Assembly: GCA_009781625.1 (NCBI GenBank)
Contig: WQVI01000002.1
Location: 1-53,466, forward strand
DNA: 53,466 nt
Reading direction: 5' to 3'
Source of the DNA: Defluviitaleaceae bacterium
Lineage (GTDB): Bacteria; Bacillota; Clostridia; Lachnospirales; WRAX01
A program made the translations under genes and the position numbers. The notes beneath the pieces were generated by a model. The model ran no database searches and had not been told where the DNA came from. It saw only the letters and a program-made list of their open reading frames with translations. Shown in pieces: positions 9,607 through 18,638 of the stretch (positions are counted from its first letter, which is position 1; each line of letters begins with the position of its first letter).

Positions 9607-10616
9607 GCCGTCTCCTTCCTTTTCGCAAAATAGATATAGGCGAAAAACGGCGCACCTATCAGGGCTGTGATAATGCCTATCGGAAGCTCTTCCGGCCGCA
9701 TTATGGTGCGCGCAACAAGGTCTGCCAGCACCATAATGGTGCCGCCCATCATGGCAGAAAGGGGGATAACAAGGCTGTGGCGTGCGCCAAAGATGCGGCG
9801 CACTATATGCGGCGCGATAAGCTCCACAAAGCCTATGATGCCAACAAAAGAAATTGCGCTGCCTGACAATAATGCCGCCGTAAGCAACAATGTCCATTTT
9901 ACACGCTTTAAGTTTACACCCAGTGTTTTGGCGGTGTCTTCGCCAAAGGTCATGATGTCCATTTCGCGATGGTAGCGCAGGGCAATGAAGAGGCCAAGAG
10001 CCAAAACAGGTGCCAAAATGGCTATTGGCGGCCAGTCCCGCATTGCAACGCTGCCCATTTGCCATATAATAATTTGCTGCATAAATTCTCTTTGCAAGGC
10101 CATCAGCAGCATTGTCAGGGCGTTTATAAACAGCGAAATAACCATACCCATCAAGACGATAGTGTTATTTTCCATCATGCCATCAATGCGTGAGGCCAAA
10201 AACATGGCAACAACCATAGTTGCCATGCCCATAACAAAGCCCGCCGTGGGCAACGTTAGCATGGGCAAAAAAGCAATGCCCGAAAATATCACAAGGGCAG
10301 CACCCAACGACGCGCCTGATGAAACGCCCATTGTAAAAGGTGATGCCAGCGGATTGCGCAAAGTGGATTGCATGATGGCACCGCTTACGGATAGCATCCC
10401 GCCTACCACAAAGGCCAGCAGGGCGCGGGGCAAACGCAAGTTCCATATTATGGCGCTATTTGCCGCACTGATATCATCCACATTGCCTATCCCAAGGGTT
10501 CTGTTAAGGATTATACGAATAATTTCCATAGGTGCAACATTAACGCCGCCTATTGCAATGGCAAAAAGCAGCGTCCCGATAGCTATGATGCATAGTATTA
10601 TGACCTTACGTTTCAT
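9603..10616 (-). CDS. FecCD-family ABC permease (BtuC-like)
   Basis: 337 aa, about 9-10 TM segments, with the typical FecCD pattern (LLAFVVGGMLSVSGAIMQ..., PIGIITALIGAPFF). Confidence 0.9.
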   Translation of the reverse strand: MKRKVIILCIIAIGTLLFAIAIGGVNVAPMEIIRIILNRTLGIGNVDDISAANSAIIWNLRLPRALLAFVVGGMLSVSGAIMQSTLRNPLASPFTMGVSSGASLGAALVIFSGIAFLPMLTLPTAGFVMGMATMVVAMFLASRIDGMMENNTIVLMGMVISLFINALTMLLMALQREFMQQIIIWQMGSVAMRDWPPIAILAPVLALGLFIALRYHREMDIMTFGEDTAKTLGVNLKRVKWTLLLTAALLSGSAISFVGIIGFVELIAPHIVRRIFGARHSLVIPLSAMMGGTIMVLADLVARTIMRPEELPIGIITALIGAPFFAYIYFAKRKETA

Positions 10617-11479
10617 GGCGTGAAATATTCTGGATAAATGGCCGCCGCCATCTGCCGTAGGGCTATAACCACATTGTGGTTGGCGCGGCTGGTGGCATTG
10701 GTGTCAATTTGATATACGCGGCCGGCAGCCACGGCATCAAGGCCGTTCCAGCCGGGGCGCGAGGCAATTTCGCTCACAGGGTCGGGCATAAAGCCCTCAT
10801 TGGTAAGTATCACATCAGGGTTTGCGGCCAAAATAAATTCATCAGAAACAGAAATCCAGCCATCGTGATCCGCAAAAACATTTACGCCGCCAACCAGCGT
10901 AAGCAGCTCGTTTAAGAAGGTGCCGCTTCCAAAGCTAAATGTCATTGGTGCGGGAGATATTTCAAAATAAACGGTGCGGTGGTGAGTGATGCCACTTGCA
11001 ACGGCTTCAATTTCAGCAATTTCGGCTACCATGTTGGCAATAATTTCTTCGCCACGGGCCTCAACGCCCATGGTTGCCGCAATCAGCCGTATCACATCGT
11101 AAATTTCATCAACAGTAGTAGCCGTAGGCACACGAGCCACCGTCACACCGGCTTCCGCCAGCAGCGTCATGGGGTTTATTTCATCGGCAAAAATATCAGA
11201 AATTATGTCAGATTCAAAAACAATACCGGGGCTAAGGGCCATTAATGTCTCGCCGTCCAATGCCATCATGTCAAACAGGGTTAAATCCCCTGACAAACCA
11301 GGGATATCCGTAGAAAAGGTGTCGGTTGCAATAATTTCGTCGGCAAAGCCCAAATCTACCAAAATTTCAGTAATTACAGGCCCAAGGGAAACTATCCCGC
11401 CTTGCTGCCCGCCGCTGCCGGCCGCGCCGCAAGCCGCAAAAACAAATAGCCCCGCCAACAATACAATCAATTTCTTCAT
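10613..11479 (-). CDS. ABC substrate-binding lipoprotein (BtuF/periplasmic-binding-protein type)
   Basis: The start is set at MKKLIVLLAGLFVFAACG (lipobox), preceded by AAGGAGA. It has the class III SBP pattern and overlaps the permease start by 4 nt. Confidence 0.85.
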   Translation of the reverse strand: MKKLIVLLAGLFVFAACGAAGSGGQQGGIVSLGPVITEILVDLGFADEIIATDTFSTDIPGLSGDLTLFDMMALDGETLMALSPGIVFESDIISDIFADEINPMTLLAEAGVTVARVPTATTVDEIYDVIRLIAATMGVEARGEEIIANMVAEIAEIEAVASGITHHRTVYFEISPAPMTFSFGSGTFLNELLTLVGGVNVFADHDGWISVSDEFILAANPDVILTNEGFMPDPVSEIASRPGWNGLDAVAAGRVYQIDTNATSRANHNVVIALRQMAAAIYPEYFTP

Positions 11480-11508
11480 TTCATTCTCCTTTGTGGGCAA
11501 AAATAAAA

Positions 11509-11540
11509 AATCCCGATAAAATCGGGAGACAAAAGCGAAA
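11509..11540 (-). terminator. Riboswitch expression-platform terminator
   Basis: The minus strand reads TCCCGAT-TTTA-TCGGGA followed by TTTTTTATTTTT, about 25 nt upstream of the SBP ribosome-binding site. Confidence 0.6.
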
Positions 11541-11589
11541 AATGCTTATAAAGCCGCAAACCGCATAACATCTCCCCTATCCTCTGTAG

Positions 11590-11750
11590 AGTTGACTTCA
11601 ACAAATGGCACAAGTCTTCCGGCTTAGGCATCAAACATATTTGCCACCTTCTCAAGCTTTCGCCCAATGGTTTACAAGCAAATACTAGCCAACACGGCAG
11701 CAGGACTGCTTGGGAATTTAACCCAATTCCTTTGTCGCCACTTGGTTTTT
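11590..11750 (-). promoter_or_regulatory. Cobalamin (B12) riboswitch aptamer
   Basis: The minus strand carries AAAGGAATTGGGTTAAATTCCCAAGCAGTCCTGCTGCCGTG, matching the core GGAA..GGTnAAAnTCC..GC.G.CC.GC..C.GTG pattern. It also has a B12-box-like AAGCCGGAAGACTTGTGCC. It lies upstream of a btuFCD-like operon and is followed by a terminator. Confidence 0.7.
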
Positions 11751-11763
11751 CAATTGTAAAGCT

Positions 11764-11925
11764 ATACCAATATCCCGCCAAAACAGTAACAGAAAAACGC
11801 AGGATTTTTGCATCAAGGCAAGGAAGCGACGACGCGGCGTGCCTAAAGGCACGCAAGGAGAAGCTGACGATGTCCTTGGTGCAAAAAGACAAGTTTTTGT
11901 TACTGCTTTGGTGGGATATTGGTAT
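11764..11925. repeat. ~160-nt long hairpin / inverted repeat
   Basis: The arms ATACCAATATCCCGCCAAAACAGTAACA (11764-) and TGTTACTGCTTTGGTGGGATATTGGTAT (-11925) pair at 26/28. Inner pairing continues (TTTTTGCATCAAGG / CCTTGGTGCAAAAA) to an apical GCGTGCC-TAAA-GGCACGC hairpin. Confidence 0.6.
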
Positions 11926-11954
11926 ATTTTATACCAAACCCTTTTCTTTGTCAA
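11926..11954 (-). promoter_or_regulatory. Putative sigma-A promoter reading into the hairpin and riboswitch
   Basis: The minus strand reads TTGACA (11954-11949), then 17 nt, then TAAAAT (11931-11926). An alternative reading is TGgTATAAA with a 15-nt spacer. Confidence 0.45.
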
Positions 11955-11957
11955 GTT

Positions 11958-11988
11958 AGAAATAAAATGGGCAGCCATAAGGCCGCCC
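11958..11988 (-). terminator. Intrinsic terminator after the two tiny ORFs
   Basis: The minus strand reads GGGCGGCC-TTAT-GGCTGCCC followed by ATTTTATTTC. The one non-Watson-Crick position is a G.U pair on the minus strand but an A.C mismatch on the plus strand. Confidence 0.6.
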
Positions 11989-12008
11989 GCACAAATGCTA
12001 TACTAGTA

Positions 12009-12128
12009 CTAGTTATACGTCTTCTTTTGCTTCTTGCCCCTTGGGGCTTCCGTCGTTTCTCCTACATCACTGGTTGGTACCGGAATTTTGCTCTCGTTAT
12101 CCGCCTTGGGTTTGCCCTTTTTCGCCAT
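12009..12128 (-). CDS. Tiny basic protein (39 aa), hypothetical
   Basis: TAGGAGGTAAAAGAT precedes the ATG. The translation is MAKKGKPKADNESKIPVPTSDVGETTEAPRGKKQKKTYN. It is below the ORF-track cutoff. Confidence 0.35.
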   Translation of the reverse strand: MAKKGKPKADNESKIPVPTSDVGETTEAPRGKKQKKTYN

Positions 12129-12140
12129 ATCTTTTACCTC

Positions 12141-12293
12141 CTATATATGGTGAATAAAGTTGTTGGCCTTGTTCATGGCCCTTCTGCCGTCTCTAAGCAT
12201 TCTTTTGCGGGTGCGCTTATCGCTCATGGCAATAGCCAGGCCAATTGCCCCCAATGCGCCGCCCGCGATAAGTCCGCTAGTAAATTTTCCCAT
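12141..12293 (-). CDS. Tiny membrane protein (50 aa), YtxH-like look
   Basis: GAGGAGTGATTTAC precedes the ATG. The translation is MGKFTSGLIAGGALGAIGLAIAMSDKRTRKRMLRDGRRAMNKANNFIHHI, a Gly/Ala-rich TM followed by a basic helix. Confidence 0.45.
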   Translation of the reverse strand: MGKFTSGLIAGGALGAIGLAIAMSDKRTRKRMLRDGRRAMNKANNFIHHI

Positions 12294-12356
12294 GTAAATC
12301 ACTCCTCATGCTGTAAAGTTTCTTAGCTATAGTGTTCACATTTAGGCGGATTTTAT

Positions 12357-13220
12357 TCAAGCTTTTCTGAAATGTTTTACATAACCAAATGCAAGGAAGC
12401 CAAAGCCCAAAATGGCTATAACAACGGACATTATCATTGAAACTGACAGGTTTGTGCCCGCAAGCAGTAGCTGGTCGGTACGTAACCCTTCGATGAAAAA
12501 GCGCGCCACACCATACACGAGGAAGTAATAGGCCAAAAGCTCGCCATTAAATTTCTTGTGCTTGCGATATAGGTTAAGGGCGATAAACAGCGCAAAATTA
12601 ATGGCGGCCTCGTACAAAAATGTGGGATGCACAGAGATATATGTGATGCCTTCGCGCACAATAGCGTAATTAAGCATCTCCGGGGTTACGGCGCTTGGGT
12701 TATGTACCTGGTCCAGCCTAAGGTGCATAGCAAAAAGGCCGTCAGTGTAGCCGCCAAAAGCTTCACGATTTATAAAGTTGCCAATACGCCCGATGGCGTG
12801 GCCTATAATAAGGCCAACGATGCCGGTGTCCGCAAAATTTAGAAAGCTGATTTTTTTTATCCGCGCGAAAACAATTGCGGTGATAATAGCCATAATAACA
12901 ACGCCATATATGGCCAGCCCGCCTTGACGAATGTCAAAAATACGGCCAAATGTCCATGTTTCGTCCCAGGCAAATATGACGTAGAAAATTCTGGCGCCTA
13001 TGATGCAGGCAGGCACCACATACATCGCAAAATCCATGTAAATATTAGGGTCTTGCCCTGTCTTTTTCGGTGCAAAGATAGCGCCGAAATACACACCCGC
13101 CACAATGCCCAGCACCACAAAAATTGCGTACCAATATATCTCAAATCCAAATACCGTAAAGGCTACATTGCTAATAGTGTTAAAAGTTATGCCCAAATTG
13201 GGAAAAATGATATCAGGCAA
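12357..13220 (-). CDS. lgt: Prolipoprotein diacylglyceryl transferase
   Basis: 287 aa and polytopic. It has the Lgt hallmarks: an N-terminal IYWYAIFVVLGIVAG, GRIGNFINxE and HPTFLYE. Confidence 0.9.
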   Translation of the reverse strand: MPDIIFPNLGITFNTISNVAFTVFGFEIYWYAIFVVLGIVAGVYFGAIFAPKKTGQDPNIYMDFAMYVVPACIIGARIFYVIFAWDETWTFGRIFDIRQGGLAIYGVVIMAIITAIVFARIKKISFLNFADTGIVGLIIGHAIGRIGNFINREAFGGYTDGLFAMHLRLDQVHNPSAVTPEMLNYAIVREGITYISVHPTFLYEAAINFALFIALNLYRKHKKFNGELLAYYFLVYGVARFFIEGLRTDQLLLAGTNLSVSMIMSVVIAILGFGFLAFGYVKHFRKA

Positions 13221-13370
13221 AATTTCTCCTCCATTTCAATTTGTTTTATACAAGTATATCACAAATTATGGCAATGTCAAATGGCTTTGAAAAAATCATA
13301 CCAAACTGCCGTTAGGGTTATATAACAATACGTAGAACTGCTATACCATGACGGCTTATACTAACCTATA

Positions 13371-14681
13371 TCAATACGACGGTAAAATCAACACCTGCCC
13401 AATAACAATATGGTTTGCGTCTTCAATGTCATTAAGCTCCATTATCCTTGCCACCATGCCAATGTCGCCATAAAACATCTGGCTAACCGCAAAAAGCGTG
13501 TCGCCTGGCTGTATCACATAGGTTTCCGGTATGTTGGCAAAAACAGGCGTTGCCTCTTCCGGCGGCGGCGTTGCTTCCGGCGTTGGCTGCGGCGTTGGCG
13601 TGGCAACGGGCTCTGGGGAAGGTGTAGGCGGCGGCGTCACCGTTGGCTGCGGCGTGGCGGCAGGGGTATACTCGTATTGCCCTGTTCCATCGGCCACATT
13701 ATCGCCCGAAACTGCTTGAGCATGGACATCTTGCCCTGATGCAAACACAGGCAAACTCGCCAGTTGGCGAATTTGGTCCGCAATAACCACATGGTTGCCA
13801 TCTATGGTAACAATGGCATTTTCCAGGGCACTTATGCGGCTGTCGCTTTGCAAAAGCCCGGCACCCATGATAAAAGTAGTGATAAATAGCACGGCACATA
13901 GCCCGATAAGTAAATTGGACATCTTGCGCATGTCCTCAACGCTCCTTTCTTCCTTGTGCGTCGTCTTTACACTGGACATGGCACTGCTTCTTCTGCCCAG
14001 CGCACGTGCCGGTGCCTCATCCCGCTTTTCTTCCTTTGGCTTTTTCTTGGGCTGGCTGTCCTCAAAAATTTTTAGCCTGGTGGATGGCACATCTTCTGTC
14101 TTTTTCGCAACTTCGCGCACCTTCGCGCGGTTTATGCGGTTGTTGTTCATGTATTCTTGCATACCCTTGTTTTGGTCGTAATATACAAAATAGCCGCCCG
14201 TCTCTTCCACGCCCGTCATTTCGGTATTCCACATGTAAAACAAGTTTAGCTTTTCGATAGGGTCCATCACAAACAACACCTGATACGGCCGCGTGAAATT
14301 GTTCATGTGATAGTCCGCATAGGAAGGGTTAAGATGCACGCCATAGCCTGGTTGAGATTGCATCCAGCCCAAAATTTCGCTTCCGGGGAAATAGCGGGCC
14401 AGCTCTTCCTCTGCGTGGTCGTAAGAAGCATCTGTAAAAGTTTCCATGTTGTCGATATACTCGCTATGTACGCCCTGTATCACGCCGTGGACAAACACAT
14501 AGGGCACAGCGTCAATTATCATGTATTTTCCTACGAGAAAAGCGATTTTCTCTGTGTGGCCGCCGCTTTCGGCATATTGCTTTAGATATGAGCAAACATA
14601 ATCTTCCATATAAATCTTCATGGAAACGCCGTCCGTGTTGCCAATTTGTCTGATGTTTGTGGGCAATGCAAACTTATTCAT
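13371..14681 (-). CDS. Membrane protein with MPN/JAB-like N-domain, Pro/Thr-rich linker and C-terminal LysM
   Basis: The start is set at MNKFALP, preceded by GGAGGAAATACA. It has a single TM (LLIGLCAVLFITTFIMGAGL) and a TPxP linker. The C-terminal LysM reads YVIQPGDTLFAVSQMFYGD...NDIEDANHIVIGQVLILP. Confidence 0.7.
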   Translation of the reverse strand: MNKFALPTNIRQIGNTDGVSMKIYMEDYVCSYLKQYAESGGHTEKIAFLVGKYMIIDAVPYVFVHGVIQGVHSEYIDNMETFTDASYDHAEEELARYFPGSEILGWMQSQPGYGVHLNPSYADYHMNNFTRPYQVLFVMDPIEKLNLFYMWNTEMTGVEETGGYFVYYDQNKGMQEYMNNNRINRAKVREVAKKTEDVPSTRLKIFEDSQPKKKPKEEKRDEAPARALGRRSSAMSSVKTTHKEERSVEDMRKMSNLLIGLCAVLFITTFIMGAGLLQSDSRISALENAIVTIDGNHVVIADQIRQLASLPVFASGQDVHAQAVSGDNVADGTGQYEYTPAATPQPTVTPPPTPSPEPVATPTPQPTPEATPPPEEATPVFANIPETYVIQPGDTLFAVSQMFYGDIGMVARIMELNDIEDANHIVIGQVLILPSY

Positions 14682-14833
14682 TGTATTTCCTCCAATCTCA
14701 TCTATAATTTCCAAAGTTGTCCACATTTGAAAACATTAGAGAAATTGTAGCACACCCAAAAGGAATAAATTGGAAATACATGTCGCCATAGAACTTCTTT
14801 CGTGTTAAAAAAAACGACATTAATAGAGCACGG

Positions 14834-15619
14834 CTATTTCACCCAATACCGCGTCCCATCCTTGGTTCTGTCCATAAAACCATACTGTATCAAGGCCCGC
14901 CGCACAGATTCAAAATCATCAAAATACCGCTTTATTATCTCATTAACTTCCTTTTCGCTGTAATCCACCCCTGCTTCAAAATCATCCATAATTTTTTGCA
15001 TAACAATTATTTTCTTCTTCTCTCTTGCCGGAAAGCGTTTTATCAGCACCTGGCCATCAGGGCCAAAATATCGCGCCAGCACCTCTTTCTTTTCGGCTTG
15101 CGTTATGGCAAAACGCTCGTCTATGGCGTTAGCTGTGAGGTGAAAATCTATCAATTTGTCACCATCGGACGCGGTTTTTCGCCCTTGTTTTTGATTTTCC
15201 ATCTGCTCCTCCAATAATTCCGTCAAGGCAACCAAAATTTTGGCCTGCTTGTATTTTTCACGTATCGCAAAACGCTGATTTCTAATGGTTGAAACACTAT
15301 TAGCCCCTGTCATGGCCGCAATCTCTTTATCTGAATGTCCCTGATAAAAAAGCCGCGCCAATTCTTCCTGCCCTGCCGAAAGGCCGGTATAGGCTCGCCC
15401 CATATCCAAATAAAATTCAAACATAGGTGGATGTTGTGCCTTCACATGGCCATCTATAGCCTTTTCCGCGTCATAAAATGTATCCGCCACAGGATAAACA
15501 ACGCCGCGCTCAAAAGACTGCCCGCACAGCAGGCAAATATAAATCCCCTTTTGCTCATCAAATTTAAAGCCGCGTTTTAAATCTTCAATAGAAGAATTCC
15601 AAAACATTGCTCCGTCCAT
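14834..15619 (-). CDS. LuxR-type HTH plus DUF2087-like domain protein
   Basis: An N-terminal Cys pair reads CLLCGQ. The HTH reads SDKEIAAMTGANSVSTIRNQRF. The C-terminus FPAREKKKIIVMQKI...YSEKEVNEIIKRYF.D....RRALIQYGFMDR resembles DUF2087. The start choice (ATG at 15619 after GGAGGT) is tentative. Confidence 0.6.
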   Translation of the reverse strand: MDGAMFWNSSIEDLKRGFKFDEQKGIYICLLCGQSFERGVVYPVADTFYDAEKAIDGHVKAQHPPMFEFYLDMGRAYTGLSAGQEELARLFYQGHSDKEIAAMTGANSVSTIRNQRFAIREKYKQAKILVALTELLEEQMENQKQGRKTASDGDKLIDFHLTANAIDERFAITQAEKKEVLARYFGPDGQVLIKRFPAREKKKIIVMQKIMDDFEAGVDYSEKEVNEIIKRYFDDFESVRRALIQYGFMDRTKDGTRYWVK

Positions 15620-15701
15620 AACAACCAAACCTCCGCAAAATAATCGTAGTATTCTATAGATAAATTCAATTATATCTATATTTCATTCAATTGTCAAGCT
15701 A

Positions 15702-15732
15702 AAAATAAAAAAGGGCGAACACAGTTCGCCCC
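15702..15732 (-). terminator. Intrinsic terminator after the phosphosugar mutase gene
   Basis: The minus strand reads GGGCGAA-CTGT-GTTCGCCC followed by TTTTTTATTTTT. Confidence 0.65.
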
Positions 15733-15748
15733 TACGTATTCCTCGCTT

Positions 15749-17452
15749 TTACAAATCTCCTATTAATTCAAGCACAGATTTTGATAAGATGCCCAGCCGC
15801 CTTTGCGCATCCGCACCATCATCCCCCGTAACACCCATATATATCTTAATTTTCGGCTCTGTCCCCGAAGGGCGCACGCAAAACCACGCGCCGTCCTCAA
15901 GGACGTAATAAAGCACATCGGAGGAGGGAAAACCCGCAACCTTGCCGCCTTTATAGTCCCGAAATTCCCCAAGTGCCACGCCGCCAACGCTTTTCGGCGG
16001 GTTTTCGCGCAAACCGGCCATGGTGGTCTGTATTTTGGCGAGGCCTTCCATGCCCTTTAGCGTAACGGATTTTACGGCTTCTTTAAAATAGCCATATTTT
16101 TTGTAAATTTCATCCAGTCCATCAAAAATGGACATGCCACGAGATTTATACCACGCCGCAATTTCGCAGATAAGCATGGTGGCAGAAATGGCATCTTTGT
16201 CCCGCACTCCGCTGCCTGATAGATATCCGTAGCTTTCCTCAAAGCCGAAGATGTAGGTGTGCTCACCACTTTGCTCCCACAAGCGTATCTTTTCGGCAAT
16301 GTATTTAAAGCCCGTCAAAACCTCGTAAAATGCGGCACCATAGGCGGCGGCAATTTCGCGTGTAATATTTGTGGAAACTATTGTGGAGATGATGGCAGAA
16401 TTTTCGGGCAGCTTGCCCTGTGCCTGCTTCTGCGACAAGATATATTCTGCCAACAAAATGCCCGCCGCGTTGCCACTTAGCAGCTCATATTCACCTGCGC
16501 GGTTCTTCACCATAGCCCCCATGCGGTCGGCATCGGGGTCGGTTGCAACGATAATATCGGCATTTTTGGCCTTCGCAAGCTCCGCCCCCAGCGCAAAGGC
16601 GTCAGGGTCTTCAGGATTTGGATATTTCAACGTGGTAAAATTTGGGTCGGGCTGCTCTTGCTGCGGCACCACATGTATATGCTTAAAGCCCGCGCTACGC
16701 AGCGCATGACACACGGGCACATTACCCGCACCGTTTAACGGCGTGTAAACAATATTAAAATCATCCGCCATTTTCGCTATAACATCGGCATTTAGGCTCT
16801 GGGATAGCACCTCGTCCATATATTTATCATCCATGTCGCTACCCAAAACGGTCAGCATCCCGGATTTTATGGCTTCATCTTTATCGGCTACTTTCAGCCC
16901 TGCAAAATCCTGAATTTTATTGACATAAGCGATAACATCCTCATCCTGGGGCGCAACAAATTGCCCGCCATCGGCCCAATATGCCTTATACCCATTGTAT
17001 TCAGGCGGATTATGGCTAGCTGTTATCATCACCCCAGCGATGCACCCAAGCTGCCTGATGGCAAAGGAAAGCTGGGGCGTTGGGCGTAAATCTTCAAAAA
17101 CATAAGCCTTTATGCCGGATGCAATCATGATAAGGGCCGTTTCCAGCGCAAATTGCCGCGAAAACCTGCGGCTGTCATGAGACACAACAACGCCGCGCGC
17201 AGCACCATCCGTTGTGTTTTCCAAGATATAGTTCGCAAGGCCCTGGCTTGCCCTGCGTACGGTATATACATTCATGCGGTTTGTGCCCGCACCTAAAATG
17301 CCCCGCAAGCCGCCTGTGCCAAAGGCCAAATCTTGATGAAACCTCTCTTCAATTTCCTGGGCATCTTCCGCAATGGCCAAAAGCTCTGCCCTTGTTTCGT
17401 CGTCCATAGCGGCGTTGTCGCGCCAAAGTTCATATCTTTTTATATGCTCCAT
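15749..17452 (-). CDS. Phosphoglucomutase/phosphomannomutase family (PgcA-like)
   Basis: 567 aa. The active-site loop reads TASHNPPEYNGYK, the Mg loop reads ATDPDADR, and the sugar loop reads GFEESYG. Confidence 0.9.
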   Translation of the reverse strand: MEHIKRYELWRDNAAMDDETRAELLAIAEDAQEIEERFHQDLAFGTGGLRGILGAGTNRMNVYTVRRASQGLANYILENTTDGAARGVVVSHDSRRFSRQFALETALIMIASGIKAYVFEDLRPTPQLSFAIRQLGCIAGVMITASHNPPEYNGYKAYWADGGQFVAPQDEDVIAYVNKIQDFAGLKVADKDEAIKSGMLTVLGSDMDDKYMDEVLSQSLNADVIAKMADDFNIVYTPLNGAGNVPVCHALRSAGFKHIHVVPQQEQPDPNFTTLKYPNPEDPDAFALGAELAKAKNADIIVATDPDADRMGAMVKNRAGEYELLSGNAAGILLAEYILSQKQAQGKLPENSAIISTIVSTNITREIAAAYGAAFYEVLTGFKYIAEKIRLWEQSGEHTYIFGFEESYGYLSGSGVRDKDAISATMLICEIAAWYKSRGMSIFDGLDEIYKKYGYFKEAVKSVTLKGMEGLAKIQTTMAGLRENPPKSVGGVALGEFRDYKGGKVAGFPSSDVLYYVLEDGAWFCVRPSGTEPKIKIYMGVTGDDGADAQRRLGILSKSVLELIGDL

Positions 17453-17513
17453 ATATTCACCTCATTTTGGATAATTATAACATATCTATCACTTGGCCCG
17501 CAACGGTCTTTTT

Positions 17514-18638
17514 TCATAGGAAGTCTGCAAAAATCGTGTTAGAAAGGTCCACCCCTTGGGGTGTCAAGGCTATTTTTGGGCCGCTTACACAAAGCAGCCC
17601 CTGTGCCGCAAACTTCTCTAATTGCTCGCCATAAACATCAAAAATATCGCACCCAAATCTCTTTGCAAACTCCTGCGTATCTATGCCGCCAATCAAACGT
17701 AGGCCAAGTATCACAAATTCCGTCATTTCTGCCGCTTTATCAATTTCTTCTAAAAGTTTGCATGAAAAATCGCCACCTATATAGGCATCTATATCATCCG
17801 TCTTGCATATCCGCCGCTTCTGCACAAAACCATGGGCATTTACGCCAAAGCCCACGTATTCGCGATGGGTCCAATATCCCAAATTATGGCGACAAGCAAA
17901 CCCTCTCTTCGCCCAATTTGAAATTTCGTAATGCTCAAAACCTTGGGCAGCAAGCATCTCTTTGGCAAGATGGTACATATCCCTATCTTCGGCTTCATCA
18001 GGCATGGCGGCTCGTAGGGACAACATTTTGTCGCCCGCCAACGCCGTGCCATCCTCAACCGTCAAGGCATAGCACGATATGTGCGTTATTGGCAGCTTTA
18101 CGGCCATCGCCAATGTACGCCTAAAGTCACAAAGGCTTTGGTGCGGCAAAGCAAACATAAGGTCTATGTTGATATCATCAAAACCAGCGCGATTAGCCAG
18201 CTTTACAGCCTCAACAGCCTTTTCAGCAGAATGCACACGCCCCAAAGCCGAAAGCAAGCGGCCATCAAAGCTTTGTACACCAATGCTTATGCGGTTAAAG
18301 CCCATTTGCTTCAGCTTCGTAAGATAAGACAAATCAACAGTTTCGGGATTGGCTTCGGTTGTTATGGAAATATCGCTTGCAAGGCTATAGTTACGCCTTA
18401 CAGTGCTGACAATGCGCTCCAACTGCCCCACCGTCAATGTCGTAGGTGTGCCGCCACCAAAAAATACACTAACCACCCCATAACCCACAAAATCAACCGC
18501 ACTTTGGGCAATATCAGCGCACAACGCGTCCACATAGGGCCCCATCATCTCATCTTTGCCGCAAAACGACAAAAAATCGCAGTAAATACACTTTACGCGA
18601 CAAAATGGGATGTGGATGTAAATTGATAATGATCTCAT
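17514..18638 (-). CDS. hemW: Radical SAM heme chaperone HemW (HemN-like)
   Basis: The Cx3Cx2C radical SAM motif is in IPFCRVKCIYCDF. The start is set at the ATG at 18638, which forms an ATGA overlap with the upstream ORF stop. Confidence 0.85.
   Translation of the reverse strand: MRSLSIYIHIPFCRVKCIYCDFLSFCGKDEMMGPYVDALCADIAQSAVDFVGYGVVSVFFGGGTPTTLTVGQLERIVSTVRRNYSLASDISITTEANPETVDLSYLTKLKQMGFNRISIGVQSFDGRLLSALGRVHSAEKAVEAVKLANRAGFDDINIDLMFALPHQSLCDFRRTLAMAVKLPITHISCYALTVEDGTALAGDKMLSLRAAMPDEAEDRDMYHLAKEMLAAQGFEHYEISNWAKRGFACRHNLGYWTHREYVGFGVNAHGFVQKRRICKTDDIDAYIGGDFSCKLLEEIDKAAEMTEFVILGLRLIGGIDTQEFAKRFGCDIFDVYGEQLEKFAAQGLLCVSGPKIALTPQGVDLSNTIFADFL

Noticed and set aside
9607-10065. N-terminal 153 codons of the 465-aa track ORF 8668-10065
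   Set aside because: This part lies out of frame inside the FecCD permease gene and is Cys/His/Arg-rich. The real lipoprotein starts at the ATG at 9606, where a signal peptide and lipobox begin and which forms an ATGA overlap with the permease stop.
11476-11978. Track ORFs 11476-11892(-), 11718-11978(-) and 11732-11959(+)
   Set aside because: They span the cobalamin riboswitch, its terminator and the long hairpin. They have no ribosome-binding sites at the listed starts. Only the last 29 codons of the plus-strand ORF have a Shine-Dalgarno sequence, and that part is reported as a finding rather than as a gene.
11919-12326. 135-aa plus-strand ORF
   Set aside because: It is antisense to two Shine-Dalgarno-preceded small ORFs and a minus-strand terminator. 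It has no ribosome-binding site and begins inside the hairpin.
13410-13739. Arg/Gly-rich plus-strand ORFs (109 aa and 62 aa); also 32009-32551 and 32101-32361
   Set aside because: They are mirror images of the Pro/Thr/Ser-rich linkers of the LysM protein and the large surface protein on the opposite strand. They are compositional artefacts.
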